This document shows, one piece after another, positions 1 to 15,445 of a stretch of 64,000 bases of DNA. The translations under genes were made by a program, and so were the position numbers. The stretch comes from Kofleriaceae bacterium. Lineage in GTDB: Bacteria; Myxococcota_A; Polyangia; Haliangiales; Haliangiaceae. The stretch spans positions 153,763 through 217,762 of the forward strand of contig CBDCCZ010000012.1 in NCBI GenBank assembly GCA_965215005.1. Direction: 5' to 3'. Numbering within the stretch: the first letter of the stretch is position 1; each line of letters begins with the position of its first letter. Below the pieces are notes generated by a model. The model was not told the origin of the DNA. It was given only the letters and a program-made list of their open reading frames with translations, and did not search any database.

Positions 1-419
1 CGCCCTCGCCGTCCCCGGCGGCCGAGGTCGAGGTTCGCCGCATCGAAGGCGGGTTTCCGCGCTATGGGATCGACGTGAGCGAAGCCAACTTTCCCTTCGA
101 AACCCCGCTTGGCCGCTTCATCGATTACGAAAAAGGCTGCTACATCGGCCAAGAGCCGATCTCCAGGGTGCATTTTCGCGGCAGCGCCAACAAGCAGCTG
201 CGCGGCCTGCACCTCGAAGGCGACGACGTGGCGGCGGTCGGCAGCGTGGTGAGCCACGAGAGTCGCGCCGACGCGGGCGTCATCACCTCGGCGGCACGCT
301 CGGAAGCCTTTGGCTCCATCGCCCTGGCCTATCTTCACCGTTCGGTCTGGGAGCCAGGCAATCGAGTCGCCGTCGCAGGACGACCCGCGACAGTCGTCCT
401 GCTGCCCTTCGGGCAGTAA
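1..419 (+). CDS. ygfZ: YgfZ/GcvT-family folate-binding protein, 3' part (runs in from the window edge)
   Basis: [12 protein letters not shown] upstream of the tracked ORF and the KGCYIGQE signature. Confidence 0.8.
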   Translation, partial: PSPSPAAEVEVRRIEGGFPRYGIDVSEANFPFETPLGRFIDYEKGCYIGQEPISRVHFRGSANKQLRGLHLEGDDVAAVGSVVSHESRADAGVITSAARSEAFGSIALAYLHRSVWEPGNRVAVAGRPATVVLLPFGQ

Positions 420-521
420 CGACGCGGCTTTGCGTGCGACCCTGGTAACGGGCCTGCGCATCTCGCGTCCTCGCCCGGCGTCGGGCGCACCCCGCCCGAG
501 CAGCCTGCGGCGGCATGCGCG

Positions 522-953
522 CTAAAAGCCGCTCTGCAGCACCGCGGCGACCAGCCCTACCGCGGCAGCGGAGCACAGCGCGACCATAACGTTGCCCAGC
601 GAGCGCAGCTGGCCCCGCGTCGGCCCAGATTCCGTGGCCAGCTCCACCAGCGCCGTCGCCTCGACTCCCGCGGGGGGCGTGGCGCGGCGCTTGCGCGCTT
701 CGGCAAGCAACTGCGCTTTGCGCGGCGCGACATCCACCCCCGGCAGCGGCGGCGCACCGAGCCGCATCGACGAGCGGTCGAAGATATCGACCAGCTGCGG
801 CGCCGAGTCGACATCGTGGCGCGGCTTGAAGATCAGCGGAAAGCCGCACGCGGGACAACACCCGACCACGCAGTCGCGAGCGACGAAATGACACTGGTAG
901 CAGACTGCCTTGTACGCCGTGCTCGTTGCTTGCTGTGCTGCCGTGGAAATCAT
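522..953 (-). CDS. Hypothetical protein with N-terminal Cys-rich (Zn-ribbon-like) segment and C-terminal TM helix
   Basis: CYQC...CPAC motifs; hydrophobic C-terminus; ATG at 953. Confidence 0.6.
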   Translation of the reverse strand: MISTAAQQATSTAYKAVCYQCHFVARDCVVGCCPACGFPLIFKPRHDVDSAPQLVDIFDRSSMRLGAPPLPGVDVAPRKAQLLAEARKRRATPPAGVEATALVELATESGPTRGQLRSLGNVMVALCSAAAVGLVAAVLQSGF

Positions 954-993
954 GACACCTATCTCTCGCTGTCGTCCGGCATTCCCCCTTCTT

Positions 994-1009
994 TGCGAAG
1001 TCAATGCCA
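994..1009 (-). promoter_or_regulatory. Candidate sigma54 -24/-12 promoter
   Basis: TGGCAT-TGACT-TCGCA on the minus strand, GG-N10-GC spacing, ~40 nt upstream of ATG 953. Confidence 0.5.
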
Positions 1010-1359
1010 CTCTGCAAACCCTCGTAACCTGCCGATACCATTCGCTCAGCCTGGCCACGTCGCGCCTCACGTGCGCTCGCGCCAGGAGAGCGCAACCCTC
1101 TGTGTGCGGAGCCCTGCCTCCAGTTCCGCGACATCTCCTATCCACTTCATCTCAGCTCGCCGATGGCCACGCGTTCGCGCCTGCCCCGCGAGGCGGCCCA
1201 TCGCGTGTCGTTCGCACTCGATACGATCCCCACTCCCCTTCAAAAGAGGCAGCCGAACTCCTGCGCTCCATCAGTCTGTAGACAGAACCACAGCGCCGCA
1301 GGCAGCGTAACCTGCGGCAGGTACGCTGGTTTTCGCCTTTCGGCCAGGGGAACTTCAGG

Positions 1360-2246
1360 CTAACGCTCGGGCGGATATGGCGCGCCGAGCGCGCGTGGCG
1401 GTCGCGAGCGGCCGATGAACCCCGCGAGCGCGATCATCGTGAGTACATACGGCAGCGTCTGCACCAGCTCGGTAGGCACGGCGATACCGGCGGTTTGAAG
1501 GCGCAGCTGCAGCGCCTCGGCAAAGCCGAACAACAAGCACGCGGCGCAGGCCCACAGTGGCCGCCAGCTCGCCATGATCACCGCCGCCAACGCGATGTAG
1601 CCGCGCCCGCCGCTCATTTCGGCGACGAAGCCGCGGCTGGTGAGGGCCAAGTAGGCGCCGCCAAGGCCGGCGAGCGCGCCTGCCATCAGCACCGCCACCC
1701 AGCGCACGCGCTCGACTCGCACCCCGAGTGATGCGGCCGCTACGGGATGCTCGCCCACCGCGCGAAGCCGCAGCCCAAAGGGAGTGCGCGCAAGCCACAG
1801 CCATACCGCTACGGCCAGCGCCACCACCAGCCAAAATAGGCCGCTGGAAATCACCCAGGTGTCGATGCCAACGGTGGTTGGCGAGCTCGCAGTGGAGTCG
1901 AAGAACAGCTCGAGCAAGTAGCGCGTGAGCCCGTAGGTCAACAAGTTGATGGCCACGCCGGCGACAATCTGGTCGCCGCCGAGTCGCACCACGACGAGGG
2001 CGTAAAGCGCGCCCACGACGATGCCGGCCAGCGCCCCGCACGCAGCCGCCAGCATGGTGCTGCCGCTGTAGTAGGCAGCCAGCGCTGCTCCGAAGGCGCC
2101 CGCAAGGAGCTTGCCCTCGAGCGCGATGTTGATGACTCCTGAGCGCTCGCTCACCACGCCACCGAGCGCGGCGAGCGCGTACGGCACGCTGATGCGCAGC
2201 ATTTGCACCGCAAACGCCAGGCTCAAAATCGAGCTCATCAGCTCGG

Positions 2247-2250
<4 letters not shown>
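1360..2250 (-). CDS. Nucleoside/sugar ABC transporter permease
   Basis: SERSGVINIALEG, GLRLRAVGE, GRGYIALAA motifs; multiple TMs. Confidence 0.9.
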
Positions 2251-3262
<1,012 letters not shown>

Positions 3263-3266
<4 letters not shown>

Positions 3267-4790
3267 GCCGCGGCCTCCCGCGCCCGTCATCCAAGCGCCG
3301 ATGCGCTCGCGGGCATCCTCCGCAGCGAGCTCGGCGGCATCGAGAGTCGCGACCACCGCACCGCCGTACATGACCATCACGCGATCGGCGAGCGCTTCGA
3401 GCTCGGCCAGCTCCGCCGACACCAGGAGCACTGCCAGGCCGGCATCGCGCGCCGCGATCAGCCGCTGGTGCAGGGCTTCAATGGCGCCAACGTCGACGCC
3501 GCGGGTTGGCTGCGCGCACAGCAGGATGCGCGCGCCCGGCTGCGTCAGCGCTCGGGCCATGACGAGCTTTTGCTGATTGCCGCCGCTGAGCGCGCGCACC
3601 GGCGTGTCGAGCGCGGTTGGGCGTATGTCGTAATCGGCGACCAGCTGCTCGGCGTGGGCGCGCATGGCCGCTCGATCGAGGCCCCAGCGCGACGCGAAAC
3701 GTCGATGTTGCCCGAGCAGCAGATTCTCGCCCATCGTCGCCTCGAGTATCACGCCGCGGGCATGGCGATCTTCAGGCACGTGCGCCACCCCGGCAGCGAT
3801 GCGCTCCGCGACGCTTGCGCGGGTGATGTCGATGCCCTCGAGCAGCACGCGACCGCCGCTCACCGGCGCCAGCCCCGCCAACGCCAGCACCAACTCGCTC
3901 TGACCATTGCCGGCAACGCCCGCGACGCCGAGAATCTCGTTGCGACAGAGCTCGAAGCTGACGCCGCGAACCCGCGCGGATCCGCCACTCCGCACGAACA
4001 GATCCTGCACCCGCAACACCGCCCCGTTTGGCTTGGCCGGCGGCTTGTCGACTCGCAGCAGCACCTCGCGGCCGACCATGGCGCGCGCCAACTCGGTTGG
4101 TGAGGCACTGGCGGCAACGAACGTGTCGATTACCTTGCCCCGGCGCATCACGGTGATGTGCTCGGCGATGGCCAAGACCTCATCGAGCTTATGGGTGATG
4201 AGGACGATGGTCGTGCCCTCGCTCGCCAGTGCCCGCAGCATGGCGAAAAGCTCGCGCACCTCGCCCGGCGTGAGCACGGCGGTCGGCTCATCGAGGATCA
4301 ACACATCGCAGCCGCGCCACAACACCTTGAGAATTTCCACCCGCTGCTGCTCGCCCACGGACAGGTCTTCGATACGCGCATCAGGGTCGACGCCAAAGCC
4401 GAATCGCGCCGCCAAGGCCGCGACCTCGCGCGCCCCGCGCTGGCGGTCTAGAAATGGCCCGCGGCGATGCTCGGCGCCGAGCATGACGTTCTCGGTGACG
4501 GTGAGAGTCGGTACCAGCATGAAGTGTTGATGGACCATGCCGAGCCCTGCGGCGATGGCGGCGCGCGGCTCGTGACGCTCGAGCGCGACCTGCCGCCCCT
4601 TGATCCGCAGACTGCCGCTGTCGGCGCGCTCCTGGCCGTAGGCGACCTTCATCAGCGTCGACTTACCGGCGCCATTCTCACCGACGATGGCATGCACCGT
4701 GCCCGACGCCACCGCGATGGACGCGCCGTCGTTGGCGAGCGTCTGGCCATAGCGCTTGTCGATGTCTTTGAGCTCGAGCGCCGGCGTCAT
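3263..4790 (-). CDS. Two-domain sugar/nucleoside ABC ATPase
   Basis: Walker A GENGAGKS, LSVGEQQ, LSGGNQQK, PTRGVD; stop apparently lost through an extra base at ~3278. Confidence 0.9.
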
Positions 4791-5788
4791 TGGCTCGGCA
4801 CCTCGATCGCGCCAGCGGTGATCTTCGCGGCGATCGCGCGCACCTCGGCAACGACCTCAGCGGGGATACGAGCCGTGTTGTTGTCATCGTAGACAAATCC
4901 CACGCCGTCATCATCGAGCCCGAGCTCGGTCACGCCGCCAGAAAATTGGCCTTTGGCAACTTGTTCGATGACCCGATACACCGCCACGTCCACGCGCTTG
5001 ACCATGCTGGTGAGCACGCAGCACGGCGCCTCGTGATATTGGTCTGAGTCGACGCCAATGGCCCAGGCGCCGGCTTCTCGTGCCGCGTTGAATACCCCGA
5101 CGCCGGTCTTGCCGCTGGCGTGATAAATCACGTCGGCGCCGCGGCTGTACTGGGTGGCCGCGAGCTCACGCCCGGTGGTGGGATCGGCAAACGCTTTCGG
5201 CTCGGTGCCGGCGTAGGCCGAGAGCACGCGGCAGTCGGGGCACGTGTAGCGCACGCCAGCGGCATAGCCGGCTTCGAACTTGCGAATCAGCGGAATCTTC
5301 ATGCCGCCCACGAAACCAACCGCGCGCGTCTTGGTCACCAGGCCCGCGAGCGCGCCCACGAGAAATGAGCCCTCGTGCTCGCGAAAGCGAATGCCGGCGA
5401 GGTTTGGCGGCGGCTCGCCACCGGAATAGTCGATGGCGGCGAACTTCACCTCGGGAAACTCGCGCGCCAGCTTGTTGATGTCGTCGGTGAAGATGAACCC
5501 AACACCGATGACCAGGTCGCTGCCTGCCGCCGCGAGCTGCCGCAGCGCACTCTCGCGATCCGAGCCATCGCCCGGCTCGATATAGCGGACTGCGACGCCG
5601 AGCTCGGCTTCGGCGCGCTCGAGGCCGCGACTGGCCGCATCGTTGAACGATTTGTCGCCGCGGCCGCCAACATCGAAGACCAGGCCGATGTGGATCCCGC
5701 TCGAGGAGGCTTGCGGCGCCCCTAGGTTGGCCCCCACCGCGAGCAACGCCGCGTTGATCACGACAAGGCCGATGACCAAGCCGCGCAT
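4787..5788 (-). CDS. BMP-family ABC substrate-binding protein
   Basis: GGRGDKSFN, FREHEGSFLVG, IGVDSDQ, TSMVKRVD motifs. Confidence 0.92.
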   Translation of the reverse strand: MRGLVIGLVVINAALLAVGANLGAPQASSSGIHIGLVFDVGGRGDKSFNDAASRGLERAEAELGVAVRYIEPGDGSDRESALRQLAAAGSDLVIGVGFIFTDDINKLAREFPEVKFAAIDYSGGEPPPNLAGIRFREHEGSFLVGALAGLVTKTRAVGFVGGMKIPLIRKFEAGYAAGVRYTCPDCRVLSAYAGTEPKAFADPTTGRELAATQYSRGADVIYHASGKTGVGVFNAAREAGAWAIGVDSDQYHEAPCCVLTSMVKRVDVAVYRVIEQVAKGQFSGGVTELGLDDDGVGFVYDDNNTARIPAEVVAEVRAIAAKITAGAIEVPSQ

Positions 5789-5846
5789 CAGAGGCTCACC
5801 ACGCGGCACGCCTCTGCGTCACTAGCAACTCGCGCAAGCGCAGCGC

Positions 5847-7251
5847 TCACTCGTGCAAAAACGCCAGAAGACCCAGCGAGTTGAGAAACACCAACACAAT
5901 CGCCAGCGGCGCGATGTAGCGGATCGCAAAGCTCCACGCCGGATACAGACCGCCCCAGCGGGTACCGCTGGCAAATTGCTCGCGCGATACCGTTTTGGGA
6001 ATCACCCAACCGACGAAGATCGCCACCAACAGGCCGCCCAGCGGCAGCAGCAAATTGGACACGTAATGGTCCCAAAATCCGAGCCAGGAGCGCGCCCCCT
6101 CCGGCGCGAGCAACACCTCAGCGATCGCGGGCCAACCAGCAAACAAATGCCGATCGCCAAACGCCGACGGAATGGCAAAGATCGTGATCGCGCTGCCGGT
6201 GGCGAGAACTGCTTTCGTGCGGCTCCAGCCAAAGCGGTCGATCACCGTCGCGGCCACCACCTCGAGCAGCGAAATCGCCGAGGTGAGCGCCGCAAACACC
6301 AGCAGCACGAAGAACGCGAGAGCAAACAGAGTGCCCCCGGCCATCTGCCCGAACGCGATCGGCATGCTGATGAACACCAGCCCCGGACCGGCCTGGGGTC
6401 CCATGCCGAACGAGAAGATGATCGGGAACATAATGAGACACGCCAGCAGCGCCACCGCGGTATCGAGAATGGAAATGGTTCCAGAGGCGACGATCATGTC
6501 GTCGCGACGCGAGAGGTAGGAGCCGTAGGTGATGAGCGCGCCCATGCCGAGACTCAACGTGAAGAACGAGTGACCGAGCGCCTCGAGCGCCCCCGCCGCG
6601 GAGAACTTGTCGCCGTTGGGCGCGAAGATGAACTCCACCGCCTCGCCAAACCCCGGCTGGGTGGTGGCATCCGCGAGCATGACCAGCAGCAACACGAACA
6701 GCGTTGGCATCATCACCTTGGCAGCCTTCTCGATGCCCTTGGCCACGCCGCCCGCCACGATGGCGATGGTGAGGGCCATGAACACCACGGTCCAAACGAT
6801 GCTGCGCCCGATGCTGCCCGAAACCTGTCCAAACAGCGCCTGCACCGAGTCTGGGGTGGAATTGGCGAAGCTGCCCTGCACCGCCAGCCACACGTAGTCG
6901 CACGCCCATCCGGCGATGACCGAGTAATAACTGAGCAGGATGAAGCCGGTGACCACCCCCATCCAGCCTACCAGCGCCCAGGCGCGGCGATGGCCGAGCG
7001 CCTCGAACGCCGGCACCGGCGAGGTCTGCGCAGCACGCCCAATCATGATCTCGCCGATCATGATCGGCAGCCCGACGAGCGCGATGCACACCAAGTAGAC
7101 CAGGACGAAGAGCCCGCCGCCGTTCATCCCGGTGATGAACGGAAACTTCCAAATGTTGCCGAGCCCCACGGCCGAGCCCGCGGCTGCCAGGACGAAGCCG
7201 AGCCGGCTCCCCCACTGGCCGCGCTCCGCCGCTGATCTGGGGGCGACGTTG

Positions 7252-7259
<8 letters not shown>
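5847..7259 (-). CDS. Sodium-dependent transporter (NSS/SNF family)
   Basis: GSAVGLGNIWKFP, FFTLSLGMG, GPGLVF motifs. Confidence 0.95.
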
Positions 7260-8946
<1,687 letters not shown>

Positions 8947-9220
8947 GTCATTCCGGCCTCACAGCCGCAAACGATGCACCGATTAAGGCGAGCCGAGCGG
9001 AAGCGCTGCTCGAGTCCGCCCCTACTCGACGATGGATGTAGTTCCAGTTGCCTTCGACCGTGAGCAGCGACGCGTCGAAGGTGCTCACGGTGTCGCTAAA
9101 CGCCGTCGGCCCTTGCTGGCCATCGAGCCGCTGGCTGAGCGAGCTTGCTCCGCTCGCGGCCACGCCGTGACCGCGTTCGAGCCTAGCGCTATGCTACCTT
9201 GAGCAAACCCAGGAGGAACG

Positions 9221-10349
9221 ATGGGCATCATCAGCTTCGTGAAGGGTGGCGTGCGCGAGCTCGCCGTCGCGCGTCCCGACGAGCACAAGGATAGTTGGGT
9301 CTATAAGCACCCCGACCAAACCATCCCGATGAAGGCGCAGCTCACCGTCGACACCGACGAGATTGCGCTGTTCTTTCGCGATGGCAGCTATGTCGGGCAG
9401 TTCGGCCCCGGCCGCCACACCCTCGATAGCTCCAACGTGCCGTTCCTCGGCCAGCTCATCGACAAGTTCACCGGCGGCAACGTCTTCATTGCCGAAGTGT
9501 TCTTCGTCAACACCCGCGAGCATCCGAGCATCAAGTTCGGCACCAGCGTGGGTGACGTACCCGATCCGCAGACCGGGCTGCGCGTGCGGCTGATGGTCCA
9601 CGGCGAGTTTTCCGCCAAAGTCTTCGACGCCACGCGCTTCGTCTCGGGGCTCGTTGGCCAGCGCATGGCGTCCAACGATGCGTTCCTCGGCTGGTTCAAG
9701 AGCCAGGTGCAGAAGACCATCAAGGATCACATCGCCGAGCTCATCGTCAAGCAGGGTTGGCCGATGATGAAGGTCACCTCGGGTGCCTATACCGAGGAGA
9801 TCGAGCAGGTAACGCTCACCAACGTCCGTAAGCACATTGAGTCGTACGGGGTCGAGATCATGCGGTTTGGTGACTTCACCATCAGCATGGACAACAAAGA
9901 CAAAGAGCGGCTCGACTAGCTGGTGGAGCGCGCCGCGTACATCAACCTTGCGGGCGGCATGCAGGGCTATCAGCAGTTTGCCCAAGCAGAAAATGATGAT
10001 GGGCGCCGGCGAGGGCATGCGCCAAGGCGGCGGCGGTGGTGGTGGTGGTGGTGGCAGTGGTGCGCTGCAAGGCGCCGGGCTGGCGATGGGCTTTGGGGTC
10101 ATCGGCCAGATGATGAACCAGCAGCAAAATGCCAGCGGCGTCGCGCCGCAAGCCAACCCGCCGGTGCAGAGTCAGCTCGGCAAAACGGTCTGCGGCGCCT
10201 GCGGCAGCCACGTCAATCCCGGCAAGTTTTGTGCGAGCTGTGGCAAAGCGCTCAGCGCCGCGCCCGCCACCAAGTTCTGCGCGAGCTGCGGCAGCAAGAT
10301 GCCCGAGGGCGCCAAATTCTGCGGCGACTGCGGCACCGCTGCCGGCTAA
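9221..10349 (+). CDS. SPFH/Band-7-like protein with C-terminal double Zn-ribbon; in-frame TAG at 9917-9919 and frameshift at ~9990
   Basis: AQLTV...ALFFRDG...GPGRHTL SPFH-like N-terminus; KFCASCG/KFCGDCG repeats; GGAGG SD before ATG. Confidence 0.8.
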
Positions 10350-10412
10350 CGACTGGGCCGGCGGCATGTGGCGGAAGATGCCGTGCGGCGCCGCCGCATG
10401 GCACTCCCACCG

Positions 10413-11819
10413 CTACGGCAGAACCAGCAGCCACATCGGCACCAGAGCGCCCATGGCCAGAAATAGAGCTGCGGTGTAGCCGACGATATCGCGCGCGCGC
10501 AGGCCCATGATGCCTAGCAGCGGCAACGCCCAAAACGGCTGCAACATGTTGGTCCAGGCATCGCCGTAGGAGAACGCAAGCACCGTGGTCGCCGGGCTGA
10601 CGCCGGCAGCGGTCGCGGCGCCCAGAAGCAGCTCGCCTTGCACTGGCCCACTGACCACCTCCAGACGGCACCGCGAGATTGACCACGCCCGCCGATAGAA
10701 AGCTGAGCACCGGCAACGTCCGCGGGCTCGAGGCCTCCACCATCGCCGTGGAAATCGCGCTGATGAGCCCGCTGCTTTTGAGCATTCCGAGGATGCCGAA
10801 GTAGAAGGGAAACTGCAGGATGATGGCTCCGGCGCCGCGCGCGCCATCGGCAATCGTGTCGACATAGCAGCGCAGCGGCCCCTGCAACGCGATCCCGACG
10901 AACAAGAACAGCCAGATCACCGAGTCGAGGTCGAGCACCATCTGGCCGCGTTGAAACGCACCAGCCGTGTATCCAAGGCCTGCGAGCCCCACCGCGCGTC
11001 CGACCCACGGACTTTCCTGCAGCCACGACACCCATCCAACGATCGGCTCGCGCCGACGCTCCGGCAGCGGCGCCAGCTGCGTGCTATCCGGTCCGATGAG
11101 CTCGCGCGTATCGCGCGGCGTGAGCGCCCAAAACAGCACCGTCGCGAGCCCGACGATGCTCCCGGTGATCAGCAAGATTCATCGCCGAAAACACCGTGGC
11201 GCTCATCGGCACCACGCCCACCAGGGACGCCGCGAAGTGCCCTTCGGCAGCCACCGTGAGCGGCGCCGAGCCCGATAGGCCGCCATGCCACACCGCAAAG
11301 CCTGCGTACGCCGCAGCACCGAGCAGCGGATAGTGCACCGCCACGCCGCCTCGGGCGGCAGCGCGCCCCAGCTCGCGCGCCAGCAGCGCACCGGCGATGG
11401 CGCCAAGCCCCCACTGCACCAGCGCGCCGCCCGCCACACGACACCAACGTCACCAGCACCGTGGCACCGGCCGCGCTGCGCGGCACCCGCGCCACCCGCG
11501 CGATCGCTTGCTGCACCGGCGGGCTGAGCGCCAGCGCGTGCCCGGTGACCAAAATCAGCGCCATCTTGAGCGCAAACGCCAGCAGCGCCGCATCGCGAAC
11601 GCCGTCGTACCAGCCGTCCATCAGCTGCCAGAGCGGCGCGATCAGCGGCTTGTCGACGCCGACGCCACGCGCCAACACGACGCCGGCGCTCACGGTTTGC
11701 GACACCGCGACCACACCGGCAGTGAGCACCACCAAGGTCAATAGCAGCGCGAGCACGAACGGATCGGGCACCCACCGCTGCGCCCACCGCGACAGCACCT
11801 TGGCTAGGCCGCCAACCAT
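10413..11819 (-). CDS. atoE: Short-chain fatty acid transporter (AtoE family), about three apparent frameshifts
   Basis: WVPDPFVLA, HGGLSGSAPL, QFPFYFGI, VPSGGGQW, GDAWTNMLQPFWALP across frames. Confidence 0.8.
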
Positions 11820-11858
11820 CGGCGCAGCATACCGCGGTGTGGTATGAAGCCGCGCCCG

Positions 11859-12581
11859 ATGAGTGAGCCCGTCGACAACCGCGCCTACTACGATGACTTC
11901 GCCGGCTGGTACGAACGACAGCGCGGCTACGGCTATCACCAAATGCTCGATGACCTCGAGGTCGAGCTGGTCCGCCGCTATGGCCACGGTCGTGATGTGC
12001 TCGAGGTCGGCTGCGGCACTGGCCTGTTGCTAGAGCGCATTGCCGGCTTTGCCGCTCATGCCGTGGGCGCCGACCTATCGGCTGGAATGCTGGCCCACGC
12101 ACGCGCCCGGCAGCTCGAGGTCGTGCAGGCCTCGGCCAGCGAGTTGCCGTTTGCCGATGCCAGCTTCGATGTCGTCTGCTCGTTCAAGGTGCTCGCCCAC
12201 GTGCGCGAGATCGAGCACGCGTTGGCCGAGATGGCGCGGGTCACCCGCCCCGGCGGATGGGTGCTTGCCGAGTTCTACAACACCCGCTCGCTGCGCTACC
12301 TGGTCAAGAGCCTCAAGCCGCCCACCGCCATCTCCGCCACCACCTCGGACGAAGCGGTGTACACCCGCTACGATGCGCCGGGTGCGTTCCGCCGCTACCT
12401 GCCCGCCACCCTCACCTGGCGCGGGATGCGCGGGATTCGCATCATCACGCCGGTGGCAGCCGTGCATCGCGTGCCGCTGGTTGGCGGCCTCACGCGCGTT
12501 CTCGAGCGGCGGCTGGCGGATGTGCCGTTGGCGCGCAGCCTCGGCGGCTTTGCCGTCGCCATCGCGCAACGCAGCCGCTGA
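11859..12581 (+). CDS. Class I SAM-dependent methyltransferase
   Basis: VLEVGCGTG motif I; LPFADASFD. Confidence 0.9.
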   Translation: MSEPVDNRAYYDDFAGWYERQRGYGYHQMLDDLEVELVRRYGHGRDVLEVGCGTGLLLERIAGFAAHAVGADLSAGMLAHARARQLEVVQASASELPFADASFDVVCSFKVLAHVREIEHALAEMARVTRPGGWVLAEFYNTRSLRYLVKSLKPPTAISATTSDEAVYTRYDAPGAFRRYLPATLTWRGMRGIRIITPVAAVHRVPLVGGLTRVLERRLADVPLARSLGGFAVAIAQRSR

Positions 12582-12640
12582 AACCGCGATGCCGCGCCCG
12601 CGGCGTCGATTCCTGCGCCCGCAGCAGGTATCCTGCCGGC

Positions 12641-14021
<1,381 letters not shown>

Positions 14022-14025
<4 letters not shown>

Positions 14026-14082
14026 CGATTCGGGGTGCCGCGTTTGAGCGCAAAACGGCACCAAGTGACAATTTACGGCACC
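14022..14082. promoter_or_regulatory. Repeat cluster, candidate enhancer (UAS) and/or hairpin after pilR
   Basis: GGTGCCG (14034-40) inverted to CGGCACC (14056-62); ACGGCACC again at 14075; GTGACRATT at 14022 and 14065. Confidence 0.45.
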
Positions 14083-14174
14083 GGAAGCGCCGCATTTCGT
14101 CCGCCGCATCTCGCGTACCGCAGCCTACACAAATAGTTCCAGGAGCTTTGCCCGGCCGGGGCAACCGCAGCGAG

Positions 14175-14190
14175 CGGTACACCCGTTGCA
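14175..14190 (+). promoter_or_regulatory. Candidate sigma54 promoter for the pilin cluster
   Basis: CGGTAC-ACCCG-TTGCA, GG-N10-GC spacing. Confidence 0.55.
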
Positions 14191-14204
14191 CAAGGAGACG
14201 AGCG

Positions 14205-14736
14205 ATGCGACGCCAGGGGGGAATGACGATCATGGAGCTGATGGTCGCGGTGGCGATCGTCGGCGTCCTGGCGGCGGTGGCGGTGTTCATGTTCACCAAG
14301 ACCACCAAGAAGGGCCAAAGCCGACGCCGAGGTCAACGCGATGTTCACCGAGCTGCGTTTGCGCCAAGAGGCCTACCACGTCGAAAACGGCGCCTATCTA
14401 TCCACCGGTGCCGACGAAAGCGATGCCTTTCCGGCGAGCCCTTCTGGTCCCAGCGGCGGGACAGAAATCCAGCCCATGCCCGCGACCTGGACGGCGCTGC
14501 GACTGCGGCCGGGCCGAGACACGGTGCTCTGCACCTACGTGAGCATGGCGGGCGATGGCGGCGATGACACCAACCTCGGTGCGGTGGCGCAGAGCTTCGG
14601 CATGGACAGCGCGCCGGCAACCAACTGGTACTACCTGCTCGCCGAGTGCGACATGGACGGAAACAGCAGCGTCAACTCGTTTTATTTTTCGCGAAGCGAC
14701 ACCACCGGTGTAGCGAAGCGAAACGAAGGCCGATAA
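14205..14736 (+). CDS. Type IV pilin-like protein 1 (apparent +1 frameshift at ~14314)
   Basis: Prepilin leader [24 protein letters not shown]; removing one G from AGGG gives KKAKADAEV and joins ORF 14341-14736. Confidence 0.8.
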
Positions 14737-14807
14737 CCCATTCACCGTTCGCGAAACTCGTAAAGCCGAATTCTCGGCGCAAGAACCACAACCGGAGGTA
14801 CGTAGAG

Positions 14808-15359
14808 ATGATTTCGAAGCTGCGCAATAAAGCCCAAAAAGGTTTCACCCTCATCGAGCTCATGATCGTCGTCGCCATCATCGGCATCCTCGCCGCGGTC
14901 GCGGTGCCCGCCTTCATGAAGTACATGCAGAAGGCGAAGACCACGGAGGCCAAGCAGTTCGTCAAGAAGATCTACGATGGCGCTCGCACGTATTACGTCG
15001 ACAGCGACACCAACAGCGCTTCACAGGAGCCGGTGGCCAAGCAGTTCCCGGCGACGACCGCAGCAACTCCTGCAGAGAATGCCTGCTGCAGTGAGGTCGG
15101 TGAAAAGTGTCAGCCCTCCGCGGCTCTGTGGGATACGGGCGACGATGCACCCACGTGGAACGCCCTGCAGTTTTCGATTACAGACCCTCACTACTACTGG
15201 TACACGTTCGAATCTGATCCCGAGGTGGAATTCACCGCTCGCGCCAACGGAAACCTCGACTGTGACACCAACTTTTCTACATTCGAGATGAAGGGATACG
15301 TGCAGGACGGAGAGGTGCAAGGCGGTCAAGGCATGTCGCGCGCCAACGAGCTCGAGTAA
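14808..15359 (+). CDS. pilA: Type IVa pilin, probable major pilin
   Basis: [31 protein letters not shown]; hairpin downstream. Confidence 0.9.
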   Translation: MISKLRNKAQKGFTLIELMIVVAIIGILAAVAVPAFMKYMQKAKTTEAKQFVKKIYDGARTYYVDSDTNSASQEPVAKQFPATTAATPAENACCSEVGEKCQPSAALWDTGDDAPTWNALQFSITDPHYYWYTFESDPEVEFTARANGNLDCDTNFSTFEMKGYVQDGEVQGGQGMSRANELE

Positions 15360-15388
15360 GATACCTCCGTTCCCGTTCCTGGATGTTT

Positions 15389-15420
15389 CCGCCGGGGCCT
15401 GCTCCCCGGCGGTCGCATTT
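15389..15420 (+). terminator. GC hairpin after pilA (terminator or mRNA stabiliser)
   Basis: CCGCCGGGG-CCTGCT-CCCCGGCGG perfect 9-bp stem; weak U tract. Confidence 0.6.
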
Positions 15421-15445
15421 GGGCTTCGGCCCACGAAGGCTCACC

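Noticed and set aside
5853..7235. Long antisense ORFs (also 22361-23539, 47966-49390, 45291-46337 and others)
   Set aside because: Shadow ORFs expected from high-GC codon bias opposite well-supported genes.
8948..9220. Glycine riboswitch upstream of the AGCS gene, or a 71-aa ORF
   Set aside because: No recognisable aptamer motifs; the ORF has no identifiable features.
9917..9919. In-frame TAG in the SPFH gene as possible recoding (pyrrolysine or readthrough)
   Set aside because: TAG is an ordinary stop elsewhere (16009, 39491), no pyl genes are seen, and the site lies in the error-rich zone next to a frameshift.
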